A stretch of 64,000 nucleotides of DNA from Candidatus Bathyarchaeia archaeon (GCA_050015395.1 JBEKBM010000002.1:32001-96000); one strand, 5' to 3'; counted from the stretch's first letter, positions 9,640 through 19,473 are shown. Numbers and translations: made by a program. The notes: a model not told the origin generated them from the letters alone.

Positions 9640-10539
9640 ATCAAAAGTCTAAGCCTAATTAATCAAAACCCTCCACCTATACGTGAAGTCGCAAACAAAT
9701 CTATTACTACTCTTAGGGTTCAGCAAAATAAGCTGGAGCAAGCGAGTTTTCGATTAAAAGAAAGAGACCGCATACTTTTTGAAACTTGCATGGGTGCGTT
9801 GAAAAAGAATAATAGGGAAAAGGCTGCGATTTGCGCTACTGAGCTTGCTGAAGTCCGAAAGCTTGTAAAGTTTCTATATAATGTTCAGTTAGCTATTGAA
9901 CGAGTGATTCTCCGTCTTGAAACAATAAAAGAACTAGGCGACATTGTTTCGGAGTTGAAGCCTGCATTGCGGTTGCTTCAAAATGTTTCTCAAGAGCTAT
10001 TTCAGGTCTTACCTGATGTTAGCTCGGAACTCGATAACGTTAATTACGCTATCCAAGAGACGCTTCATGCAACAAAGCTCTCCACTGACGAAAATTTGAT
10101 TCCGGTTGGCAAGAAGACGGAAGGCGGCGAAGAAATACTAAAGGAAGTTACATGCTTCATGCAGCAAAAGATAGCTGAAACTCTTCCAGAGCCACCTGCC
10201 GTTTCACCAGTGAAAGAGAAGACACCGATTAAGGAGCTTGTTGCTCTCACCGCTAGCTCTTCACAGGTGTTTGGGCATAAAACTTCCGAAGAAACTGGAA
10301 TGGAATCATCAAAGACTTTATTCTCCTACAAGAAGTCTGAAATTAAAGAGTTCTCATTGAAGGTTGAGAAGCCTTGCTTGGAAGATGTGCTTCTCGAATA
10401 TGTCCGCAAGACTAATGGTGAGGTAGATTTAAGTCGCTGTTCAAGTGAACTGCAAACTTCCAATGAAGAAATTGAGCGTGCCCTTGAAAGTTTGGGAACA
10501 AAGGGCAAGATAAAAATTGAGTTAAAATCGCCTGAATAG
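9640..10539 (+). CDS. cdvB: Cell-division protein CdvB (ESCRT-III with C-terminal winged helix); probable non-canonical start near 9640, first ATG at 9790
   Basis: Snf7 core, LPEPP MIM2-like motif, C-terminal wH (LLEYVRKTNGEVDLS..GKIKI); in-frame upstream extension aligns with the 8193 paralog. Confidence 0.85.
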   Translation: MKSLSLINQNPPPIREVANKSITTLRVQQNKLEQASFRLKERDRILFETCMGALKKNNREKAAICATELAEVRKLVKFLYNVQLAIERVILRLETIKELGDIVSELKPALRLLQNVSQELFQVLPDVSSELDNVNYAIQETLHATKLSTDENLIPVGKKTEGGEEILKEVTCFMQQKIAETLPEPPAVSPVKEKTPIKELVALTASSSQVFGHKTSEETGMESSKTLFSYKKSEIKEFSLKVEKPCLEDVLLEYVRKTNGEVDLSRCSSELQTSNEEIERALESLGTKGKIKIELKSPE

Positions 10540-10551
10540 GAAAAGAAAAAA

Positions 10552-11736
10552 ATGAGCGCCTCAAATGAACTAGAGAAAGCAGCGACAGGGTACGCTTTAG
10601 ATGCTGTACGCTTAGATAAGCAAGGACAAAAAGGCAGAGCCATAACTTTCTATCAAAAAGCAATCGAGAGTCTCTTGCAACTTGTGCAGCTTTACCCCGA
10701 ATACGGTTTGAATAAAGTTTACGTTCAACGAGCAATCGCTTACCAAGAAAGAATCAAAGCATTGCAAGGAGCCGTTTCATCAGCTGAAATGAATGAAGCA
10801 AGCAACACTGATGGTCAGGGTGGAGGAGCAACATTAGATGGAACCGGCAATGGAAGCGGAAAACCAAATAATGAAGAACTTATAATCACCGAGAAACCCA
10901 AAGTAAGTTGGGATGAAGTCATAGGATTAGAAACTGCCAAAAAAGCAGTGAAAGAAGCCATTGTTTATCCAGTTCAAAGGCCTGATTTGTTCCCGTTAGG
11001 CTGGCCACGTGGTATATTGTTTTTTGGTCCACCTGGCTGCGGTAAAACTTTGTTGGCGGCAGCGGTTGCAACGGAGATTGATGCTAACTTCTACTCTATT
11101 GATGCTGCATCTATTATGTCAAAGTGGCTTGGGGAAGCTGAGCAGAACGTCGCTAAATTGTTTGGTTCAGCTCGCAAATCCTCAAACGAGGGTAAACCAG
11201 CCATCGTGTTTGTTGACGAATTAGAATCGCTAATGGGAGCGCATTCCAATGAGGTCGGCGGAGAAATTCGCGTCCGCAACCAGTTCCTAAAGGAAATGGA
11301 CGGCATTGTTGACAAGGGCAAGGCTCTTCATGTTTACGTTATTGGCGCTACGAATAAGCCTTGGGATTTGGATTGGGCGTTTATTAGACGCTTCCAGAAA
11401 AGAATTCTTGTACCATTAGCAGATCATAACACCAGATTAAGCATGCTAAAGCTTTACTCGAGCAATCTGCAGATAGACACAGATGTGGACTTGCATGAGT
11501 TAGCTCGGCTTTCTGAGGGCTTCTCAGGAAGCGATATACGTGATGTTTGCCAATCTGCCCAGCTAAAACTTATCGGAGAATTCTTCGAGTCAGGCAAAGC
11601 AATGGATAGAGAGGCTAAGCCGAGATCTTTAACGATGGCTGATTTCCGCCAAATCTTGGAAGAGCGAAAACCAAGCGTCTCCTTAGATATGTTGTCGATG
11701 TATAACAGGTGGTTCGAGGCTTTCAAAGCGTTGTAA
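10552..11736 (+). CDS. cdvC: CdvC/Vps4 MIT-domain AAA+ ATPase
   Basis: N-terminal MIT, Walker A GPPGCGKT, SKWLGE pore loop, FVDE, ATNKPWDLD..RRF. Confidence 0.95.
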   Translation: MSASNELEKAATGYALDAVRLDKQGQKGRAITFYQKAIESLLQLVQLYPEYGLNKVYVQRAIAYQERIKALQGAVSSAEMNEASNTDGQGGGATLDGTGNGSGKPNNEELIITEKPKVSWDEVIGLETAKKAVKEAIVYPVQRPDLFPLGWPRGILFFGPPGCGKTLLAAAVATEIDANFYSIDAASIMSKWLGEAEQNVAKLFGSARKSSNEGKPAIVFVDELESLMGAHSNEVGGEIRVRNQFLKEMDGIVDKGKALHVYVIGATNKPWDLDWAFIRRFQKRILVPLADHNTRLSMLKLYSSNLQIDTDVDLHELARLSEGFSGSDIRDVCQSAQLKLIGEFFESGKAMDREAKPRSLTMADFRQILEERKPSVSLDMLSMYNRWFEAFKAL

Positions 11737-12186
11737 CATGGAGGGCAAAAACAAAAACCAAAACAATGGGTTGGGTGGAAAGGTTTGGAGAAATTATATT
11801 TTTGCTCGCTCTCCCTTCTCCCCCTCAATGTGTCTCCAAACCCCACAACCCAATATTTTGTTTTGGATAACAGAAAAATTAAGGTTCTTTCATTTCTTCT
11901 CTGAATGTCTCTTCGAGCATTTTCTTGTTTATGCCTATTTCTTCTGCTAAGCGTTTAACCTGTTTACGTAAGTTCTGAAAAGGCTTTTCAAAATTTCAGC
12001 TTTTTCTTTTTTGAAAGTTCTTTTTCTTCGCCCAGCAACAGAGCAAATCATTTCCTGAGGTTTGTCAGTAGGTAGGCTTTAACCCAGTATGGTTGAAATT
12101 TTGCCGCTGGCATTTAGTAAACAAAGTACAATTAGCTTGCGGATTATGTCATTGTTTAAATATTTCTTGCGCACACTGGTTTGTTT

Positions 12187-13044
12187 ATGAGCTACAAGCC
12201 TCAAACTGGTTCACGCCGGAGCGCTGCTCGGCAATACTCAAAGTCTGCGCATGAAAAGAAAGCAAAGGAAAAAAAGCAGCGGTTAGGCGGCAACTACTAT
12301 CAAGAAGAAACGGAGATTTCTGCAAAGGAGGTTGTCGAAAAAAATCTGGGCATCTTAAGCAAGCTTGGCAATCAAATTTTTGCGCTTTCACCTTTCAGCC
12401 AATATTTCGATGATTGGCTCGTTAATCTGCGCCAAATAATTTCAGAATTCGAGTCAAACCCCTCCATAAGTGTAGACGAGCAATTTGTTAAGGAGCGTTC
12501 CCAGGTTTTCTTAGACGTTGAAGGTGCACTTGCCGAAAAAAGGCTTCAAGAAACAAACCTCACGGGTGAAGAAAAGGAACTAGCGGACAACAATCATCTT
12601 CTGGTTGAAACCGATAAAGAATATGCTGAAAAAGTAAGAGAGCTAAGTTTCAAGCGAAACGCAGATGTTCAGCGTTTAAGTACTGAAATCCGCGAGTTAG
12701 AGGATGACGTGGCAGGTCAGGAAGAAATTAAAATCCGCTTTTACAAAGTGATGGCTCGGAGGAAAGCTGCAGAAAAACTTGTTCAGACAAGACAGGCATT
12801 AAAGTCCGCAAAGAACGGGTTAGAAGTAGCATTGCAGAGCTTCACTGCTGAACAAGAGAAGCTTCATGACAATTATGAGAAGAAGAAACAAGAGATTACA
12901 GAGAGAGTAGACGCTTTGCATAAAGCACTTGAAAAACTTGAAACCGACACATCCATAGATGCAAGACAAGCAGCATGCAACGCGCTGGCTAATACTATAA
13001 ATGCTCTTCTTCAAAGAACTCCTCCATCGTCTGAGAGTCAGTAG
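12187..13044 (+). CDS. Hypothetical long coiled-coil protein
   Basis: E/K/Q/L-rich heptad pattern over ~180 aa. Confidence 0.75.
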   Translation: MSYKPQTGSRRSAARQYSKSAHEKKAKEKKQRLGGNYYQEETEISAKEVVEKNLGILSKLGNQIFALSPFSQYFDDWLVNLRQIISEFESNPSISVDEQFVKERSQVFLDVEGALAEKRLQETNLTGEEKELADNNHLLVETDKEYAEKVRELSFKRNADVQRLSTEIRELEDDVAGQEEIKIRFYKVMARRKAAEKLVQTRQALKSAKNGLEVALQSFTAEQEKLHDNYEKKKQEITERVDALHKALEKLETDTSIDARQAACNALANTINALLQRTPPSSESQ

Positions 13045-13096
13045 CCAGAATTTACAAGGTAAAAGCTAACCGAGCGTTTAACCCACTTAAGCTGGT

Positions 13097-13288
13097 TTAC
13101 GCTTGTTGTTCTTGACCCATCAGGATTTTTAGCGATTTAGCTTCTTCTCGTAATGAGGCAATTTCACTTTCTAAAGCAGTAGCTTTTGCATCAGCCATTT
13201 TTTTGAGTTCTTCAATTTCAAGTAAAAGATTTTTCTTCTCAGCTTCTAAACTTTTTATTTTTTCAATTGTATCTTTTAGGCTGCTCAT
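13097..13288 (-). CDS. Small 63-aa all-coiled-coil protein
   Basis: Continuous heptads; SD GAGGGG upstream. Confidence 0.75.
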   Translation of the reverse strand: MSSLKDTIEKIKSLEAEKKNLLLEIEELKKMADAKATALESEIASLREEAKSLKILMGQEQQA

Positions 13289-13532
13289 TTTCTGTTTCCC
13301 CTCAGCGGCTAATACATTTCTCTTTTTTACACTTAAAACTTTTGCAACTAAATCTTATTTCAAGAAAAGGCAAACCAAACCCTTTGGAAAAAATCTTTGA
13401 GAAAATGGCTAAAAATTCTTTTTTTAATTACACTTGAAACAGGACCTAGGGCTTCTGAAAAATGTAGCTTTTATATATGAATTTGCAAATTAAACATACT
13501 GTTTATCTCTCATATTGTTGGACTGAATCTCA

Positions 13533-14849
13533 ATGAGAAAGACGATATTTAAAAAGCTTGAAGCGCAAGGGCTAATTGCGAATTATAATCGTTTAAGAAA
13601 GAATCTGCCGCCTAAACTTCCCGACCGAGTGTTTATTTGGGATGAAACCTTCAGGGAAGGCATCAAAGCGCCAACAGTTTATTTAACTTACGTTGAGCAA
13701 GTTAGGCTGGCGAAGTTAATGGACGAAGCAGGCGTCGCTGAGATTAACGTGGGTTTCCCGGCTTTGTCAGAAGATGAAAAACGCAATGTTAAACGCATTG
13801 TAAATGAAAGTTTCTCAAACGTGAAGATTACGGCTTCCGCTGAGCCAACCAAAAACAGTGTAGGCGCCTGCCTAGAATGCGGTATAAAAGAAGTAACCAT
13901 TGAGTCACCCTTTAATGGTTTAAACTTGCAATACACGTTGAAATTAACTAAAGAGCAAGCCCAACAAAGAATAGTTGAAAGCATAGATTACGCAAAAAAG
14001 CATGGCGCAACCGTGAACTTCGTTCTCATGGACGGCACCAGAACCCCGCTTGAAGATATTTTACAAGTTTTTGAAGCAGCAGCCACCGCTGGAGCAAGAA
14101 GGTTAGCGATAGCTGACAGTGTTGGATTCATAAGACCGCTTTCTATGCGTTATTTAATGTCGCACGTTCGAGATGGTTTACCTGATTCCGTAAAAAATAA
14201 AGTAGCGCTTTCAATTCACTGTCACAACGATTTCGGGATGGCAACCGCAAACACTCTGGCTGCTGTGGAAGAAGGCGTATCATACGTGCACACATGCATC
14301 GCGGGCTTTGGTGAACGCGCTGGAATAGCTCCTTTTGAGGAAGTTGTAACAGCGTTAGAGCTCCTCTACAATATTGACACAGGCGTTGATTTAGGAAAAA
14401 TTTATAGGATAGCTCAAACAGCTGAAAAAGCCTTCGCTTTACCCATTCAATTCCATAAGCCCATAATTGGCGAAAACATTTTCACCCATGAAGTAGAAGA
14501 GGACGTAGAGGAAATGATGGCTCACCCCTTAGTTTTCGAGCCCTTCCCACCTGAAATCGTAGGCAGAGAAACAACAATTTTCGTCGGCAGAAATACTGGG
14601 CAAACACTCATACAGAAGCTTTTGGAGAAAGCAGGAATCAGAGCTTCACCACGGCAAATGGACGAGCTCTTCAGGCGCATTAAGGGTCCGCAGGAAAGCT
14701 TAGACAAAGGCGAAGCCCAAATGACATATTACCAAGTGAAAAAACTCATGAAGGACCTGCTTAAGGGCTATACCATGGACGAGTTCTGGCGTTTAGTTGA
14801 ACAGGTAACAAGACAAAAACCCAAATTGCCGAAAGAAAGCAAACAATAA
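13533..14849 (+). CDS. DRE-TIM metallolyase family protein (LeuA/homocitrate-synthase-like), divergent active site
   Basis: DETFREG, IADSVG, HCHNDFGMATAN, GFGERAG, KPIIGENIF. Confidence 0.85.
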   Translation: MRKTIFKKLEAQGLIANYNRLRKNLPPKLPDRVFIWDETFREGIKAPTVYLTYVEQVRLAKLMDEAGVAEINVGFPALSEDEKRNVKRIVNESFSNVKITASAEPTKNSVGACLECGIKEVTIESPFNGLNLQYTLKLTKEQAQQRIVESIDYAKKHGATVNFVLMDGTRTPLEDILQVFEAAATAGARRLAIADSVGFIRPLSMRYLMSHVRDGLPDSVKNKVALSIHCHNDFGMATANTLAAVEEGVSYVHTCIAGFGERAGIAPFEEVVTALELLYNIDTGVDLGKIYRIAQTAEKAFALPIQFHKPIIGENIFTHEVEEDVEEMMAHPLVFEPFPPEIVGRETTIFVGRNTGQTLIQKLLEKAGIRASPRQMDELFRRIKGPQESLDKGEAQMTYYQVKKLMKDLLKGYTMDEFWRLVEQVTRQKPKLPKESKQ

Positions 14850-14878
14850 TCCCCGTAAACAGCTGATCAGCTGCTAAC

Positions 14879-15928
14879 TTAACAGAATTTCAGTTGCTTT
14901 TTTATTTTTTCTATCTCTTCTCGGCTTGTTTTTCTTGGGTAATTGTAGATTGGTCCGCTTGGTTTTTCATTGTAAAAGGGTCGATTGCAATTTGGACAGC
15001 CGGAGGTAAGAAAGGGCGTTCCATCTTCAATTATCTGTTTTAACCTATGGCTTGCTATACCGAAATTTGTTATTTTGTCCTCATTATCAAAATGCATATC
15101 TTCATACCTTACTAAACCATTAACCATTAAGAACCTCATAAGCTGCACTCGCCTGTATGATTCAAGCGGCGGCGGAGAATTATTTTCCAATCTTGTGCCT
15201 CGAATTGGTGTGAAAGCGAAAAGAGCTGGCAGAACACTCATGTCTACGCATTTTTGAATTATTTGGGCTGCTTCCTTTTCTGTCTCGCCTAGCCCAACAA
15301 TCAGGTGAGTGCTCACGTTTCCCTTTCCAAAAACCGCTATTGCTTCACTTAACAGGCTGAACTGGTTTTCCCAACCGTAAGAGTTGCCTGCATCTTTACC
15401 CTTAACTTTATCGAATAAGGCTTCGGTTGCCGCATCCAATGCTACACCTAACCTGTTAACACCTGCCTTTGCCAAAAGCTCAATATTGACAGCATTAAGT
15501 GGTTGGCAAGAAACCGAGACTGGAACCGCAGCTTGTTTCTTTATTTCCTTCACGAGCGCTTCAAGATGCACAAAAACTTGTGGGTAATTTAGGGCTTGGA
15601 TGCAAACGCGCTTAATTTTTCCCTGCCTAGACATGGTGCCAAGTGCTGTTAGGACGTTTGAGGTTGGAAAAGTTGGCCATGAAACCCTTGACAGCAGTTC
15701 CGCGTTGCTTTTGCTTCCTCTGGCTTGGGGGCAAAAACCGCAGTTAGCCGTGCACTTGCCCATCTTGTAAGTCATCAGGTACGCCGTTGTAGGCTCGGCA
15801 TCTAACTTGCCTTTTAACAGTTCAAGAACTATAGCAGTGCCTGTTGAAACACGAATTTGCTCTGGTAAGCCGCTTTGATTTGAGCATGTTTTTTCTGGCA
15901 AAGACTGCACCGAAATTAAAGGTAGCAT
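14879..15928 (-). CDS. Radical SAM protein, archaeal lipoyl synthase LipS2-like
   Basis: CTANCGFC plus C-terminal TSGCPNCNRP (TxGCPxC[N/D]RP signature). Confidence 0.75.
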   Translation of the reverse strand: MLPLISVQSLPEKTCSNQSGLPEQIRVSTGTAIVLELLKGKLDAEPTTAYLMTYKMGKCTANCGFCPQARGSKSNAELLSRVSWPTFPTSNVLTALGTMSRQGKIKRVCIQALNYPQVFVHLEALVKEIKKQAAVPVSVSCQPLNAVNIELLAKAGVNRLGVALDAATEALFDKVKGKDAGNSYGWENQFSLLSEAIAVFGKGNVSTHLIVGLGETEKEAAQIIQKCVDMSVLPALFAFTPIRGTRLENNSPPPLESYRRVQLMRFLMVNGLVRYEDMHFDNEDKITNFGIASHRLKQIIEDGTPFLTSGCPNCNRPFYNEKPSGPIYNYPRKTSREEIEKIKKQLKFC

Positions 15929-16336
15929 AATGAGAAAACAGTATATTAGTTTAGGGTTAGAATCTATCCATTAAGAAATTTTGACTTAAAAATCTATGAG
16001 TAATGTCATTTCATTCAAGGTTAACCATATACTTTAGTCTCGCATGATTTCCCGAGTTTCTAGCATCAGATTCCACGCGGATGTAAAAAATTGCACCTGG
16101 TTAAGGGTCATGCGGAATACCTGCAGCTAACCGAACTTGCCCACATTTAGAACTATTTTTTTATAAATTCATCAACTATCCTGTGTCTAGGTTTCCTTGG
16201 CATAATTCAGGGTTTATGTCTGGGCAGATGAATTTTTTTAAATACCCCTATGATAAAATTTTGATAAAATACTTAGTCAAATAACCTTAAACCATTGCTT
16301 GTGCGATATTCTTATCATGAAATGGAGTTGCCTGCA

Positions 16337-18226
16337 ATGAAACAATTTTTAAGCGCATGTTTAATCGCCATCATTATTAGCGGCATTGCATTAGCAGGTG
16401 CTGTGCAATTTGGTACAGCTCAAAGCGGTACAAACGTACCTGACACAATTAGTAAAGACACCACATGGACACAAGCAAACAGCCCCTACACTCTTACTGG
16501 ACCTGTTACCGTTAACACTGGCGTGACATTGACAATCGAAGCTGGAGCAGTTATAGACTTCGGTAATGGCAACTACATTCAAGTAAACGGAACATTGGTA
16601 GCAACAGGCACAAACGCCAATAACATCCAATTCAACAATGGCACTATCACTTTTACTCCCGTGAGTAATGGCTGGAATGAACTTGCCAATTCAGGAAGCA
16701 TAATTCAACACGCAGACTTCGATGCCTGCCAAGTTAACGTACAATCGCCAGCGAAAATAGACCATGACACATTTAACGGTGGGAGGCCCAATTATGATGT
16801 TGACGCAAGTTGTGGTGTAATTTCAAACAATACCATGACCAACTTCTATGATTCTGGTATTGATTGCAGTGGAAATGCTTCAGTCTTGGATAACACTATC
16901 ATCGGCGGAAACACGGGCGGCATCAGCATCTCCTCGGGAAGCCCATTAATTCAGGGAAATCTGATAACAAACAATTTAGGTACAGATTCGAGTCAGAACG
17001 GAGGCGGAATTTATGTCGGATCTACAGCAGCAGCGCCAATTATCGAAAATAACGCCCTAACCGACAATGTCATCGGAATAGCTATAGGGTTCCAAGAAGG
17101 CACTGGCATAGTAGAGCCAAACATAATCAATAATAACATCTATAATAACCAGCAGTACAATTTCGAGTTGAATGGAATAGGCTACAATGTATCGGCAATC
17201 AACAATTGGTGGGGCACGACTGATACACAAGCGATAAACCGGACAATCTATGATTTTAAGGACAATTCCAACTTAGGTAACGTAAGCTTTGTTCCCTTCT
17301 TAGATTCTCCGAATACTCAAGCCCCGACTTTTGTAAATGCCACTGCCGGCTCGGGGGGCTCTATTTCCCCGAGCGGAGTCATCAGCACTAACTATGGTGG
17401 CAGTCAAACTTTCACCATAACACCGAATACTGGTTATTATGTCGTTAATGTTTTGGTGAATGGAACTTCTGTTGGCGCTGTTAGCTCTTATACTGTCAAA
17501 AACATTCAGGGAGCAACTACTATCTCAGCAACCTTTGCGATTAATACCTACAGCCTGACGGTTAATGTGGGTTCTGGTGGTTCTTCAAACATTGCTTCCC
17601 AGACGGTTAACTTTGGTTCAGTAGAGAACTTTGAGTTTACTCCTGATACAGGTTACAGCGTCGCTGACGTCGTGGTTAACGGAACTATCGGTGAAGGCGC
17701 AGTTACTTCTTTGAGTACAACTATTACTGGACCTACAACTGTATCTGTGAACTTTTCAATTAATACCTACACGATTACTATTACTCAGTCGGCTAATGGT
17801 CAGATTGCTCCTGGAACTACTACGGTTAATTATGGTGCCAATCAGAACTTCACTATAACGCCGAATAACGGATATTACATTGCAAGTATAACGGAGGATT
17901 CTGGTCCACTAATGGTTACTTCGCCTTCTGGTCAAACCGTTAACTTCACCCATGTTACTGCTGCTCACACGCTTACTGCGACATTTGCACCTAACCCAAC
18001 GCCAACACCAAGTTCAACACTTGCACCAACTGCATCTCCAACAGCCACACCAGCCCCCATTTCAACCCCAACGCCTGCACCAACTTTAACACCGAACCAA
18101 CTCTCTTCTACCTCAACCCAGAACCCAACTTCAATCTACGAAATACTCATTGTCGCCCTTGTTATCCTAATTATTGCATTTGTGATTGTTATAGCTGCAT
18201 TCATACGTGGGAAAAAGCATTTGTAA
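16337..18226 (+). CDS. Cell-surface protein: signal peptide, right-handed beta-helix, three InlB-B-like beta repeats, Pro/Thr linker, C-terminal TM anchor
   Basis: N/G/T/I-rich coils, repeated FTITPxxGY motif, PTPTP linker, hydrophobic tail followed by RGKKH. Confidence 0.85.
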   Translation: MKQFLSACLIAIIISGIALAGAVQFGTAQSGTNVPDTISKDTTWTQANSPYTLTGPVTVNTGVTLTIEAGAVIDFGNGNYIQVNGTLVATGTNANNIQFNNGTITFTPVSNGWNELANSGSIIQHADFDACQVNVQSPAKIDHDTFNGGRPNYDVDASCGVISNNTMTNFYDSGIDCSGNASVLDNTIIGGNTGGISISSGSPLIQGNLITNNLGTDSSQNGGGIYVGSTAAAPIIENNALTDNVIGIAIGFQEGTGIVEPNIINNNIYNNQQYNFELNGIGYNVSAINNWWGTTDTQAINRTIYDFKDNSNLGNVSFVPFLDSPNTQAPTFVNATAGSGGSISPSGVISTNYGGSQTFTITPNTGYYVVNVLVNGTSVGAVSSYTVKNIQGATTISATFAINTYSLTVNVGSGGSSNIASQTVNFGSVENFEFTPDTGYSVADVVVNGTIGEGAVTSLSTTITGPTTVSVNFSINTYTITITQSANGQIAPGTTTVNYGANQNFTITPNNGYYIASITEDSGPLMVTSPSGQTVNFTHVTAAHTLTATFAPNPTPTPSSTLAPTASPTATPAPISTPTPAPTLTPNQLSSTSTQNPTSIYEILIVALVILIIAFVIVIAAFIRGKKHL

Positions 18227-18256
18227 TCGTTAAAGCTGTATTCATACGTGGGAAAA
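18193..18256 (+). repeat. 23-bp direct repeat with one mismatch spanning a gene junction
   Basis: agctgcattcatacgtgggaaaa (18193-18215) vs agctgtattcatacgtgggaaaa (18234-18256). Confidence 0.85.
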
Positions 18257-18260
18257 GGCG

Positions 18261-18656
18261 ATGAACGATCAAATGACAGTGGAGCTCTCTGGGCTTCATA
18301 AAATCCTGAAGGACCCTACAAGGAGAGAGATTCTAAAGTGCCTTAACGATAAAGGACCTTTGCCCTACGTCGAACTTATGGGTCTTGCAAAAGTTACTAA
18401 CACGGGCAGGTTCAATTACCACCTAAAGGTGTTGGGCGATCTTATAGAAAAACTGGGCGATGGACGATATAATCTAACGGAAAGAGGTCGCTTGGCGGCT
18501 CAAATGCTTGACGAGTTTCCAGAGAGGACAGTTCAAATACGCGAGCCAAAAAACAACAGCAAAAAATTGCTTATAGCAGCCGCAATACTTCTTGTTGGCA
18601 TTATTGCTATTTCTATACTTTTGATTATGATGGCAGCTAACGTAATCAAGCTTTAA
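18261..18656 (+). CDS. ArsR-type winged-helix regulator with C-terminal TM helix
   Basis: LKDPTRREIL..FNYHLKVL..YNLTERG; hydrophobic C-terminus. Confidence 0.85.
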   Translation: MNDQMTVELSGLHKILKDPTRREILKCLNDKGPLPYVELMGLAKVTNTGRFNYHLKVLGDLIEKLGDGRYNLTERGRLAAQMLDEFPERTVQIREPKNNSKKLLIAAAILLVGIIAISILLIMMAANVIKL

Positions 18657-18807
18657 AGTAACATGCTGGAAACAACAGCCAGACAAGCCATCAAATCTTT
18701 TTAACCTAACTGGCACGTTAGGTTGGCAAAGCTTTATTATGTCACTGTGAAATTTTACATTCGGTCGAAAAAGAATGCTTGTGAACTTCTATGTGGCGTG
18801 AGTTGGT

Positions 18808-19473
18808 TTGGCGGCGAAGTTAACTGATTTAGGCTTCTTAAAAGGCGTAATTGCAGAGTGCATAGTTTCCACTTATAATATGGATGGGAAACCTAACGCG
18901 GCGCCAATGGGAGTCATCATGGAGGACGAGCAGCATCTCATCGTCAACCTTTTCAATTCGTCAACAACCTGCAGCAACATTAAAGCAAACAGGTGTGCGA
19001 TTGTAAATTTAACAAGTAACATAGAGGTTTTTTACAAAACAGCCTTCAAAGAAGCAAACATTGACGGCAAAGTGCCTCAAGAATGGTTTGAGCAAGCAAA
19101 AGCTGTTAACGCGCCTAAACTGCGTTTTGCAGATGCAACCATTGATGTTTCAGTCACTGATATGACGCAAATTGACACAGAAAAAACCAGAGTCGTGTGC
19201 AACGTAGAGTTAGTGCAGGCGACACGGAAACTTCCTCAGGTGCACTGCCGCGCCATGGACGCAACACTTGAAGCCATTATACATGCAACCCGCGTGAAAG
19301 CTTTTCTAAACGGTGAAGGGGAACAAAAAAAAGTTAGCAAACTTTTGGAACTGATTGAAGGCTGCAATGAAGTGGTTAATAGAGTAGCTCCAAACTCGTC
19401 CTATTCGATAGTTATGGCTGATTTGATGAAAAGAATAGATTCATGGAGGAACAAAACTGAAGGTTTACGTTAA
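18808..19473 (+). CDS. DUF447 family protein (split-barrel, pterin-cluster associated)
   Basis: ECIVST..PNAAPMG, EAIIHATR; adjacent to DHPS-like gene. Confidence 0.8.
   Translation: MAAKLTDLGFLKGVIAECIVSTYNMDGKPNAAPMGVIMEDEQHLIVNLFNSSTTCSNIKANRCAIVNLTSNIEVFYKTAFKEANIDGKVPQEWFEQAKAVNAPKLRFADATIDVSVTDMTQIDTEKTRVVCNVELVQATRKLPQVHCRAMDATLEAIIHATRVKAFLNGEGEQKKVSKLLELIEGCNEVVNRVAPNSSYSIVMADLMKRIDSWRNKTEGLR

Noticed and set aside
11870-12060. Possible minus-strand coding remnant (..KQVKRLAEEIGINKKMLEETFREEMKEP)
   Set aside because: No recognisable family or clear start; may be a decayed ORF but cannot be supported
14860-14873. 14-bp palindrome CAGCTGATCAGCTG between convergent genes
   Set aside because: Short, single copy; no supportable function
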